The notes under the pieces are model-generated. The model was not told where the DNA came from. It was given only the letters and a program-made list of their open reading frames with translations, and did not search any database. Position numbers and translations under genes: made by a program. A DNA stretch of 64,000 nucleotides from the human T2T-CHM13v2.0 reference genome, Homo sapiens, in assembly GCF_009914755.1 (NCBI RefSeq), contig NC_060939.1, one strand, 5' to 3'. This document shows, piece by piece, positions 53,701-64,000 of the stretch. The stretch's first letter is position 1, and every line of letters begins with the position of its first letter.

Positions 53701-55744
53701 GAGTGTACACATTAGTCCTTAGCAGCAGCAGTAACAGCAATGATGACAGTGGGCAGGGAGCCTGTCCTCAGAGTGCATGCTAGTGCATAGTGGCCACGCA
53801 GGCAAACAGCTGTCAGGCTTTGGGGAACATGCACATTGGCTCCCCTTGTTTCAGCAGCACAGCAGCAGCTTCCCTGGTGTGCCACACCACCCATTCCCTG
53901 TGGTGTGGGACTCTTGAGTGGGCTAGAGTGCTAGGGACCCTGCTGCACTGCTGGGTCCAGCCAGCATCATGCTACTGCAGTCCTCCAGTGTAGGGGGTTG
54001 TTAGTGGTGCTTCAGGGATGTCGAGATGCAGGGGCTATGGCATCCCAGGGCAGGATGCCCTGGTTGAGGTTAGGCACTCAGAATGGTGCTGTTCTGCAGT
54101 TGCTTAGGTATCAGGGGAGTGTGTAGAGCACTGTTAGTTCTCTTTCTGGAGCAAGGCCTTTGCACAATCTCTAGGCAGCTCCCTGTGCTAGTCTCAGGGC
54201 CCAGGAGGATAGAGAGGCTCTTCCATGGCTAAGATGACAGGAGTCAATGGTGGGAATGTGGACTTCTTGGGATCTCTTACCCTTTCCCTGCACCGGGAAC
54301 CTCTCCAGGCTTCTAGCTGATGCCAGCTGAACTGGCCGCCTTGCTTTCCCTTACTTTCTGTGCCTCAGGTGTTTCCTGTCACTTCTCTGCTAAATTCCAG
54401 TGTTTTCTTTTAGATGTTCTATTTGAAATGTGATTATCTATTTCCTATTTTGGTTCTTTTTTGGGGAGGTGGTGAGTGCCAGATACCTCTAGTCAGTCAT
54501 TTTGAACCTCCCCGGCCCCTCCTCAGGTCAACTGTTTTTTTTTTTAATAAGAGGATTTTTGCCCCTTAATTTTCTGGGATTATGTCCCATATAATTCTTG
54601 TAAGGCAATCTAGACAAAATTTTCAGTCATTAATTTTGTGCTTTTTTTCTTATGTTGAAACTACTAAAACAACAGGTTGGCTTTTCTTCAGTTAATCATC
54701 ATGATTCATCTTTTCCATTATTTGTTAATTTGCCATCTAGCAATTGTATGATGACAAATTCTTTTTTACCTTTTAAACTTTACTGAAGGCACCTAGGCCA
54801 GGAGATCACATGGTTAGAGACATTACATTTATTTCCTTCCAACACAAAGAAAGACAGCAAATAGTAACAACCCCCCACCCACACCTATACCCAAGCAAAA
54901 CAATATTATCATGTTTGCTATCCTACAAGATCCAATTTCCCTTGACTTTTATTGGAGAAAAGTGTCAGTACTAGAAATTCAAACAGAATCCTTAACATGC
55001 CCACAGATTATTTCAGGGATCCTTCAGTTCATTTTCTTGAGCAGTAGCTGGTCAGAGGGCCTACTACTTTGTGTGCACCATTCTAGTGCTGAGGATACCA
55101 TAATGAGTAATATTCATGAGTAAGACCGTAATGAATATAAGACCCTGTCCCCAGGCATCTCATAGGCCACTGTGGGAAGCACATCAATAAATTTCAGCGC
55201 AGAATGGTTAAGTGCTGTGTAAGCTTTTAATGTATTCAGGAGATCTGCAGAAGGGGCACCCAACTAGGTCTGAGGAGTCCTAATGACCTTTGAAGGCTGT
55301 GTAGGAGTTAGCTATATGGAAAAACTTCCAGGCAATGGGAACAGCATATAAAACGGCAGAAAGGAACAGGGTGATTCTGAGTGACCAAGAGTTTAGGAAT
55401 GGAGAAGTGTGAGGTGTTTATGAGGAGGGCAATGAATGAGGCTGGAGAGAGGTAAGTGGCAGGCAGATCGTGGAAGGATGGTACACTGTGTTGAGTATGG
55501 ATTTTATTTTAAAGGTGATGGAATCACTGAATCACTTTGGGGAATAGCATTATTCAACGGGTGTTTTGGATAACTCATTGGCAGTTGTATGGAGGAAGAA
55601 TTTGAGGAGTCAGTTAGGAGGCTGTTAGAGCAGTTCAGAGATGAGATGACAGTAGCCTGGACTGAGGATATGTTCATGGGAATGGAGAAAATAAAATGGA
55701 ATCAAGAGATGTTTGGGATGTAGAGTGGATAACACTTGGGGTGG

Positions 55745-55805
55745 TGTGTGTGTGTCTGAGAGAGAGAGAGACAGAATGAGAGAGAGAGAGAGAGATGAGA
55801 GAGAT
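55745..55805 (+). repeat. (TG)n(GA)n compound microsatellite
   Basis: Read directly. Confidence 0.85.
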
Positions 55806-56529
55806 GGAAGACATATATGTTAGGGAACTCTATGCAGCATTTGTGGCTCTGAAGGTTTTTATTTGGAAGGTGTTGATTGAATCTGTCTTTTTTTCTGAAA
55901 ACTTCAGCATGTACAAGTTGCTGACTTATTGGCTGTTTTTAAAAACATCTGAATTCTATATATACTTCTGAGAGTCCATTACATTTTTCTTAGGTCTAGG
56001 ACAGCTTTTAGTTTCCAGACTATCAACTGTGTGGGTGGTGATTCCACTAATTGAGAGAAGGGAAGATAGGCAAATAAGTAGAATGATGAGTTTGTAAATT
56101 GTGTTTGAGGTATCTTTGGAATATCTAAAGAAAATTTCCAAAAGGCAATTGGATGTGAAAAAATTGAAGTTTGAGAAGTTTGGGTTGGAGTTATGGATTT
56201 TCAAGTCAGTAGCAAAATAGGTGATTAACGAGTTCATGGTAATAGACAAAATCATCCCAGGAGATTATTTAGGGCAAACATGATAGAAGGCCAAGGTTGT
56301 AACACTAATTGAGAAAAAGAAATTATAAAGGTAGTTGAGAAGTGTCTAAGGAGGAAGGGGATGATATTTAGACTGCAGAGGCCAAGGGAAGGGGTGGTTT
56401 CAAGGTGGGAGTGGACAGTAGATTTAGAATGTCTCAGATCATCTAAGCTAGGAGCCTGAATTTATCCTGGGTATGAAGGAATTGGATGGTCATTAATGAC
56501 AGCAGTTTTAATGGAGCCAGATTGTAAGG

Positions 56530-57027
56530 TGTATCAGTTAGGAATGAGTTTGGCTGCAAGTTAAAGAAAACCTAACCATAGTGGCTTACAGATCTAGGCT
56601 TATTTTTCTCACCTAGCATGAAGTCCAGAGATGGGAGGCTGCTGGTGTTTGTTCAAGAACTTAATGATCATCAGGGTCTTCTTGCAATTCTCGAAGCTTA
56701 TTCCTTATAATCTCAAGCTGATTGATGCAGCCTCATACATGTTCATGTTCAAGATAGGAAGAAGGGAGGAAGAGTGGCATCTTCAAATCAGGAAACCAGT
56801 AATTTCCAAGAAATCCCCACCTGCAGCTAACTACTTAGGTCTCATTGCCCATAATGAGACATATGACTACCTGTAGTCACAAGGAATGCTGGGAAAGCAG
56901 GGAATGTTCTGGCATAGTGATCATTGCCTGGGCTGGGCCCATTGACACTGTATGCAAAATTTGGGTTCTGTTAGTGAGGAAGAGGAGAGTGTTTATTGAG
57001 TGGCCAGCTAACAGTGTTGGACTTACA
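56530..57027 (-). mobile_element. MLT1K/L-like MaLR solo LTR
   Basis: tgtatcagttaggaatg..ttggctgcaagt..agaaaacc, tatttttctcac..gaagtcc, aaaatttgggttctgttagtgaggaaga. Confidence 0.8.
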
Positions 57028-57946
57028 TAGGTTGAGAAATGAATGGGAAGTGAGAAAATGGGGACAGTCCATGTCTATGACACCTTAAGAGGCAGTTCTG
57101 AGGAGTATGGACTAGAAAGGGTGGTAGCCAGAGTAGAATATGGGGAAATAATGGAAGGTTACATTCTAGAATATGAAAGGCTTGAGTACATGTAAATGTT
57201 GATGTGAGTGGGAGAGATTGAAGATGCACCGGAGCTTTCACACCCCAGGACAATACCTAGAGACTTGGGATGGGTGAGGGCTGTGCTTTTCTATTGTAAA
57301 ATGGCAGAAGGGGTTCATATAGGAGCTTCTGAAGACAAATCGGTTAATAGGAAAGAGCATATACAGAGGCTTAGGATCTGGAAATACAGTCATTTAAAAC
57401 TATCCATGTTCAGTATCCATGTGTTTCCAGTTTAAAGACTACTGCTTTAAATCATATAACAGTTTCTGTTCAGTCATTAGCATTTCCAGTTCTATGTGAT
57501 AATCACAAGTTGAGTGCTGACTTGATGTTAATTTTCTCCCCCTCCCCAGCTAGGGTTGGCCTCGGGTAGGGCATTGCCACAGGGAGGGTGTGTGCTCCCT
57601 TTGAGTCTCTTACCCCAGAGTTTCTTGCCCTCTGGGTTTGGAGTGTAGGATGAAAGGAGGGGAAAGTGGGGCAGGGAAGTTTCTGTTTCTTTGGTGATTG
57701 CAGTATGGCTTTGATCTCTCTGGTCCCTGGCAGGTGTTCAGAGCTGACTTATTCGCAGGTGTCCCATTTCCTTGCTGAGCCAATTTGTCTTCCCTCTGGT
57801 TAGTATTTACTTGACTCATGCAATGTACGTTTTTATTTCTGGTGGTACTAACTTTTTAAGGATCCTCTTGGGAAGTATCTCCTTAACTTGGGACTCACTT
57901 CTGGTCCCAGGGTTTACCAGGCTTTGATCTGCCTTGATGTTTGGGG

Positions 57947-58269
57947 TGCTGTGTTTCAATATGTTCCCATAGATTGTGTTGGAAGCTCAATTGCTACTGT
58001 AACAGTATTAAAAGGTGGGCCTTTAGGAGGTGATTAGGCCATGAGGTCTTGCTCCCGTGAATGGAGAGAGTTTGGCCTCTATTTTCTCTCTATCTCATGT
58101 GCTCCCTCCTCCCTTCTGTTTTCTGCCATGGGATTTACCCTTGCCAGATGCTGGTGCCATGCTGTTGGACTTACTGGCCTCCAAAACTGTGAGCTAAATA
58201 AATATCTTTTCTCTATAAATTACCCAATTGCTGGTATTCTGTTATAGCAGCAGAAAATGGGTCAAAACA
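57947..58269 (+). mobile_element. MSTC/D-like MaLR solo LTR
   Basis: ggaggtgattaggccatgagg, ccagatgctggtgccatgct, ataaattaccca..ggtattctgttatagcagcagaaaatgg. Confidence 0.82.
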
Positions 58270-58539
58270 GGAGTGGAGTTACTTCTAGTGCAGCAGTGTC
58301 TCTCTGTCTTCCCCTCTCTCTCCCTCTCTCCCTCTCTCCCTCCCTCTTGTTGGCTTAGGCCGAAAGATTCGAAACCTTTGTGTCTATGTATTTTTAAAAG
58401 TTCACAGATCCATTGACCTGATTCTGATATTCACAGGGGCTCCCTACAGACCAAGCAAATTTAATGGGAAAAGAACACTTGACTTCATAAAGAAGAAATT
58501 TAAAATATATTTTATAAGAAAAATGAATAAAATTTAAGA

Positions 58540-58720
58540 AAATAAAAATTAACTCCAGGTCCTAAAAGCAAAACATTCAGAAAAATAGTTACCTACTTCT
58601 GTTCCCCTCAGACTTGTTCTCAGCAACATTAAATGCCAGAAAGCAGCAGAAATTGCAATATTTCCAGAGTATTGAGGAAGGAATAGAATGACCCTCAAAT
58701 ACCATACTTAGCTTGATGCA
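58540..58720 (+). mobile_element. HAL1/L1M ORF1-like relic
   Basis: cagacttgttctcagcaacattaaatgccagaaagca resembles the conserved ORF1 segment. Confidence 0.45.
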
Positions 58721-60300
58721 TAGAAGGCACTAATTTTGTTGTTGTTGTTAAACAAATACCAGAATGCAAATGTCTTTTCTCTGGGGATGGTTGCAGAAAA
58801 GTATGTGTAACTCATTGTACTTTTGTAAAAGAAAAACATGTGTTTGTATATGTAAATTTAGGAAAAAGGTGGAAAGAATTGTCTCAGACTGATTAAACCC
58901 AGGAATGGAGGGAACTTTACTTCTTAATTCTTATAATGAAGTCAAAGTTTTAATAAAATTTGGTAATATTTTACATTTTGTATTTTTTAGTTTTTGAAAA
59001 ATACCATCTATGTAAAAAAAAAGCAAACACTATCATAGATCAAAGCCTAATTATACAGTTTTTTTATTTAAAACAAGCTGTTCTTGCATATTCATTAAAA
59101 AAAAAACTCAGGTATATTATTTGTGCCAGAACAGTCTTTAGACCTATATTTATTGGTGAACTTTAAGAATAAAACATTGTCAGCTTCAACCTTCTATGTC
59201 CTTTTAAAGGTGATTAAACTTTCCTAGGTTGGACAGGATGGCTTGAGGAGAATGACGTACATTAATTTTTCTAGCCAAATTATTTCATGTGGCTCAGAAC
59301 CCATTCAGTCATTCTATTATACAATCTGATCTTTTAAACTCATCTAAATAGCTACTCGACATTGTCCTTATCAGGCCTAGGTCAATGATAAAGGTACATA
59401 ACAGAATAAATCTCCCTAAAGGAAGAAAGGAAAAGATTAACTCTCTCCCAAATCCCCATGAAACTTCATGTTCCTACATGGACCTGTTTGTAGTCTGGTC
59501 CCCAGACACTGTTGAGATCTGGGAACACGGGGTCCCAGAAAGAAAGCAGCCTTCATGATTAATTCACTTTCAAAGGTTCTGCCTTAACCATTCAGGGTGT
59601 TCTAAAAAGAATCTTCTGAAAGACCACATTTTGCTATGAAATCAATCAAAAACAAAATACCAGTCAGAATCAAACTTTTTAAAAGGTCACACTCATAGAG
59701 GCCTCCAATTCATGATCATTGGGTACATGTTGACAAGCTTTTTAGGAAACTTTAGAGATATATGGGGAAGATATCAATCTCATCTGTCAACTGTAATTGA
59801 AAATGGGCAAAAAAATACAAATATATAAAAACTGGCATCAGTGCTGGAAACTAGAGAAGGGCATTGCCCAACTTGGAGAAGTTCTGCCTGATATGATGCA
59901 AACTGTAGGAAGCCACATGGGCCAAATCGTAGACATCCTTTCTGAAAAAAAGATAGGATATGCAAAAAGTGAATACAAGTAAATCCTACCAGACCAGGCT
60001 GTTACTGCGCAGCTACTAATTTCTATGTGTGAGAGCTCAGAGGGGTCAGCCCCTGTACATATTGGGAACATTTATTCTAGTTGGAACCCATTTTCCCAGA
60101 GTGGGTCCACACTTACAATCATTTGCAGGAAGCCCAAAGCCGAGCCTGAGGACAGCAAGACTTTTTCTGGATATGGTGGACAGGGCATCCAGGAAGTGTG
60201 GGGTCCTGGGCACACTCAGCCAAGACTGGGTGGGGCCAAACCTTTTTCTGTTTCCTGTCTCATGTTCTTGTGCTGGGACATTTCCTTGATTCTGCCTTTT

Positions 60301-60308
60301 TCTTTTTC

Positions 60309-60344
<36 letters not shown>

Positions 60345-60610
60345 GAGACAGAGTCTTACTCTGTTGCCCAGGCTGGAGTGCAGTGGCACAATCTTGGCTC
60401 ACTGCAACCTCTGCCTTCGGGTTCAAGTGATTCTCCTGCCTCAGCCTCCTGAGTAGCTGAAATTACAGGGATGTGCCACCATGCCCGGCTAATTTTTATA
60501 TTTTTAGTAGAGATAGGGTTTCACCATGTTGGTCAGGCTGGTCTTGAACTTCTGACTTTGTGATCCACCCAAAGTGCTGGGATTACAGGTGTAAGCCACC
60601 ATGCCCAGCC
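60301..60610 (-). mobile_element. AluSg-like with 13-bp left-arm deletion
   Basis: gatccaccc joined directly to aaagtgctggg; TSD tctgcctttt on both sides. Confidence 0.95.
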
Positions 60611-61274
60611 AACTCTGCCTTTTTAATAAGCAATTCTGATTTCAGTTTTGTCCATTCTGTGCTCACTCTTTTTTATTGAGTTTTCCTCCTTTCATTTTTC
60701 ATGGTAGCCTTTTCTTGTTTTGTGCATATGAAATCTTCTCAAATTTTCCTATTAGGTATTAATGAAAACTTTAAAAAGTTCCCCTCTATACTTTGATTAT
60801 CTCTGTTTCCTTTGGATCATTCTAAAGTTTCCTCTTTGACATTTCCTGTTGCACTCCTGGTTTTCCTAAAATTTCTGTGGTTTCTGATTGTCAGTGTATC
60901 AGAATGAAGGACTAGACCCATCACTGTAGGTAGCTGGGGTAGGTTTTTGTCTGTTTACCTCACAGTCTTCCCTCCCTACTGGAAGGACTGAGTATAGGGG
61001 TGGGTGTGGTGATCAGTTTTATGCTAGGGTCAGTGGCCAAGGGGGACTCAGGGAGGCTGGAAAGAAGGGTTTTACCTTGGAATGCAGGGCTTTGCTCTTG
61101 GGCAGGGCTGCCTCTTCATGTTGCCCCTTCTATCTGTTGGAATGTTGGGAAAGATCTCTAGCTTCTCTCAGATCTCCACATCCACTTTGGGGCCATCAGC
61201 AAAGTCCACTCTCTTTAGAGTGTGGGTACAGTCTTCAGCCTGGGGACAAATGCCCCAGTTGCCTGTTGCTTAGT

Positions 61275-61455
61275 TGATAATATTAATGGCTAATATTTAA
61301 TGAGACTTAACAGTGTCAGATACTGTTCTAAATACTTTCCATACAGTAATACTTACAAGGCAGATACTGTTATAATCCACATTTTGTAGATAAGGAATTG
61401 GAAGCACAGAGAAGTTCACAGTTGCAGTGGAGCAGAGATTTCCAATCAAGGTGCT
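61275..61455 (-). mobile_element. MIR
   Basis: ggctaatatttaatgag...cattttgtagataaggaattggaagcacagagaagtt. Confidence 0.75.
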
Positions 61456-62279
61456 TTAACTAAAGAATTTGCCTTTGGGTATAGAGATGGCGTGTGGGGA
61501 TGGGGGTGGAGGGGCTCTGTTGATCCTTATGCTTTCCACCATACAGTTATTTTATTAAGTCCCCTGATGATTCCCCAGGCTCACTCTGTTCTTTTTATTT
61601 TTACATTGTTTAGACTTGGAATTTCTCTGTATCAACTTTTATCTTGGGAGCAGTTTTCTACTATGCATATATTGGTTGGCTTTATCCTCAGCTCTCTAAT
61701 CCCATCTGCTCTCTGTCTTCTAGGAATTTCTCACCATTTATGATCTGTCACTGGCACCCTTTCTTGTTTTTCAGCCCTGTTATGGATGTTATGGATATGC
61801 CTCTCTCTCTATAGATATATCTATATAGATATATGTAGAGAGGAATGTGGTACACAGAGAAGATGTGTGTATTTGGTCCGCCATCTTGATTCAATTTCTG
61901 TAATATTTATTATATGTGTTTTATCGATTTACTTCCTGGAAGTGAGATTAATTAATTTTTTATCGTGCTGCTATAATGATTAAATTTTGAAGTAGCATTT
62001 AGCGTGCAGGGAGTACAGTCACAATGTAATAGCCCCTGGGATTTTTGTTCTCTTGAGTATAGGTTATTAGACTCTGTATGGCTTTGTTGTGATTCTGCTA
62101 AACAGAGACTTCCAGATGCGGATTGTCAGACATGAACATTATTTCTACTATTCAAACAGATAGGGACGAAGTGGTCCAGCATTGCTTGTTAAACTTCCTT
62201 CTAGAAGAATAAATCAGGATAAATGCAATCAATGTAAATATTAAACACATTGAATGCAGGGCTTATGGAAGGGGTAGTT

Positions 62280-63830
62280 TAATATTTTAAAAATTGAAAT
62301 AAAATGTACATATAGGAAAGTGACAGACCACAAGTGTACAGTATGATGTATTTTAACAAAGTGACACATTCATGTGATCAGTTCAAGATATAGAACATTA
62401 GTGGCACCCAAGAGGACCCCTTATAACCTTAATTTACAAGTAACTACCACACCAGCTTCAATCACCATAGATTAGCTTTTCCTGTTTTTGAATACTGTAT
62501 GAATGGAATAATGCAGTATGTTCTCTTTTTTGAACTTTATGTAATTAGACATAAATATATTGAGCTTCTTTCATTCAATGTTATGTCTGAAATTTACCCA
62601 TGTTGTTACATATTATGGGAGCAGTTAATTCTTTTTCATTATAATACTATATAGTGTTGTATTGTAGAAATAGCCACAATGTAATTATTAATTAATATGG
62701 GCATTTGTTTCTAGTTTTTGGTTATTATGAGTAATACTATTTTTACATGGATTTTGGTGCACATATGTAGGAATTTCTGCTGGGTAGATACCAGCAGAAT
62801 TGCTGAGTCATAGGGTATGGTTATTTTTATGTTCAGCTTTAGTAGATTCTGCCAAACTGTTTTATAAAATAGTTGCACCAATGTATACTCCTACAAATAC
62901 TGTATGAGTGTTCCAGTTGCACCATTAATCCTTGGAAACACTTGTGTTGTTGTTGTTGTTTTAAAGTAATTTTGACCATTCTGATAGTAATGTAGTGGCA
63001 TCTCATTGTGGTTAATTTGTATTTCCACGATTATAATTAGGTGAAAACATTTTCTTATGCTTATTGGCCATTTGGATTATTGTCTTAGTCCTTACAGGCT
63101 GCCACAACAAAAATACCATAGACTAAATGGTTTAAATAACAAATATTTCTCATGCTTCTGGAGGCTGGTAAGTCCATAATCACTGCACTACCAGATCTGG
63201 TGTCTGATAAGGGCCTTCCTGGTTCACAGATGGCAGTCTTCTTGCTGTGTCCCTGTATGGTGGAAGAGTGGGAGAGCTTTCTCTGAAGTCTCTTTTATAT
63301 GGTCACTAATTCCATTCCAGAGGGATCTATAATACCTCCATGGCCTATCATCTTCTGAAGACTCTACCTCCTAATAGTATCATTGGGCAGTTAGAATTTC
63401 AATTTATGAATTTTGAGGGGACGCAAACATTCAAGCCATAGCAGAAATCTTCTTTTTGTCAAATTGCCTATACAAGGCTCCTTTGACTGTTTTTTAAAAT
63501 ATTGAATCTATTTGCCTTTTTCTTCATGACTCATCAGAGTTCTTTTTAATATTTGAATGTGATTCTTTGTCAGATAGATGTGTGGAAAACATCTTCTACT
63601 CTGTGGCTTGATATTTCTCAGTCTTCTCTTAGGTTTAATGAAATACAACATATGAATCCTTTTCTTGAGAGTTAGTATTTTGGGGTCTGGTTGAGATATC
63701 TTCTATCCTAGGGTTATGTTATCTTGTAGATATCATAAGATTCTAAAATCTTTAAATTTTTACCTTAAACATTATTTTAAGGTCAGTGAGGAATTATTTT
63801 TGAGGTATGGTGTAAAGCAGGGGTCTTAAA
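62280..63830 (-). mobile_element. L1ME-type 3' region interrupted by MLT1A
   Basis: aagtgtacag, atggaataatgcagtatg, gaattgctgagtcatagggtatg, tggcatctcattgtggtt. Confidence 0.75.
63081..63443 (-). mobile_element. MLT1A-like MaLR solo LTR
   Basis: tgtcttagtcc..ggctgccacaacaaaaataccatagact, ttctggaggctgg..agtcc, aaacattcaagccatagca. Confidence 0.88.
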
Positions 63831-64000
63831 TTATTTTTAAGAATAGAAAGGATACCTGAAATCAGAGAATTTGAGAACTGGTGATTTAAAGCTATAAAAT
63901 TCCCAAACAACAGCTTTAGCTGCATCTCGTAAGCTTAGGTTATATCTATATATTTGCATTCCTTATTTAAAAATATTCTCTAATCTTCATCTTTGACTCA

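Larger units (their letters stand above)
48288..54523 (-). mobile_element. L1MA2/3-like element with both ends present, internally deleted
   Basis: L1MA 3' UTR from 48288; ORF2 remnants ([18 protein letters not shown]; APRYIKQIL..TDIYRTFHP); GC-rich 5' UTR ~52900-54523; candidate TSD ctgttcaactgctt (48274-48287) versus caggtcaactgttt (54524-54537). Confidence 0.88.
55030..57330 (-). mobile_element. L2 relic interrupted by a microsatellite plus duplicated segment and by an MLT1 LTR
   Basis: ttccaggcaatgggaacagcata, cagttaggaggctgtt...tgagatgacagtagcctggact, aggcaattggatgtg, ggagccagattgt motifs in collinear order. Confidence 0.75.

Noticed and set aside
52900-54523. GC-rich region with many overlapping ORFs resembling a promoter or gene
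   Set aside because: It is the CpG-depleted 5' UTR of the L1MA element.
59780-60071. Protein-looking short ORFs (e.g. LEKGIAQLGEVLPDMMQ..)
   Set aside because: No recognisable homology, splice framework, or poly(A)/TSD to indicate an exon or processed pseudogene; a tBLASTx search would settle it.

Overview
Primate (human-like) non-coding genomic DNA, rich in interspersed repeats, with no recognisable protein-coding exon, RNA gene or CpG island. I could not identify the locus. It holds 18 Alu copies or fragments (J, S and Y types, many with readable target-site duplications, TSDs) and L1s of many ages, including a 6.2 kb L1MA-type element with both ends present and a nested L1PA. It also holds L2 and MIR relics, MaLR/ERVL/ERV1 solo LTRs, hAT and Tigger MITEs, and microsatellites including a (GATA)14 compound STR. 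The supplied ORFs are repeat-derived or chance ORFs. Long L1s and most Alus lie on the minus strand, which suggests an intron of a plus-strand transcription unit. The best leads are: (1) an Alu-spacer-Alu cassette bounded by a single 17-bp TSD; (2) a ~120-150 bp diverged duplication with an invariant 28-bp core on either side of the L1MA; (3) a chain of plausible plus-strand splice sites around an MLT1D LTR; (4) a 17-bp-period array of HOX/CDX-like sites. None is shown to be a new biological system. Repeat subfamilies were called by eye from remembered consensus sequences and need RepeatMasker/Dfam confirmation; boundaries without a TSD are approximate.
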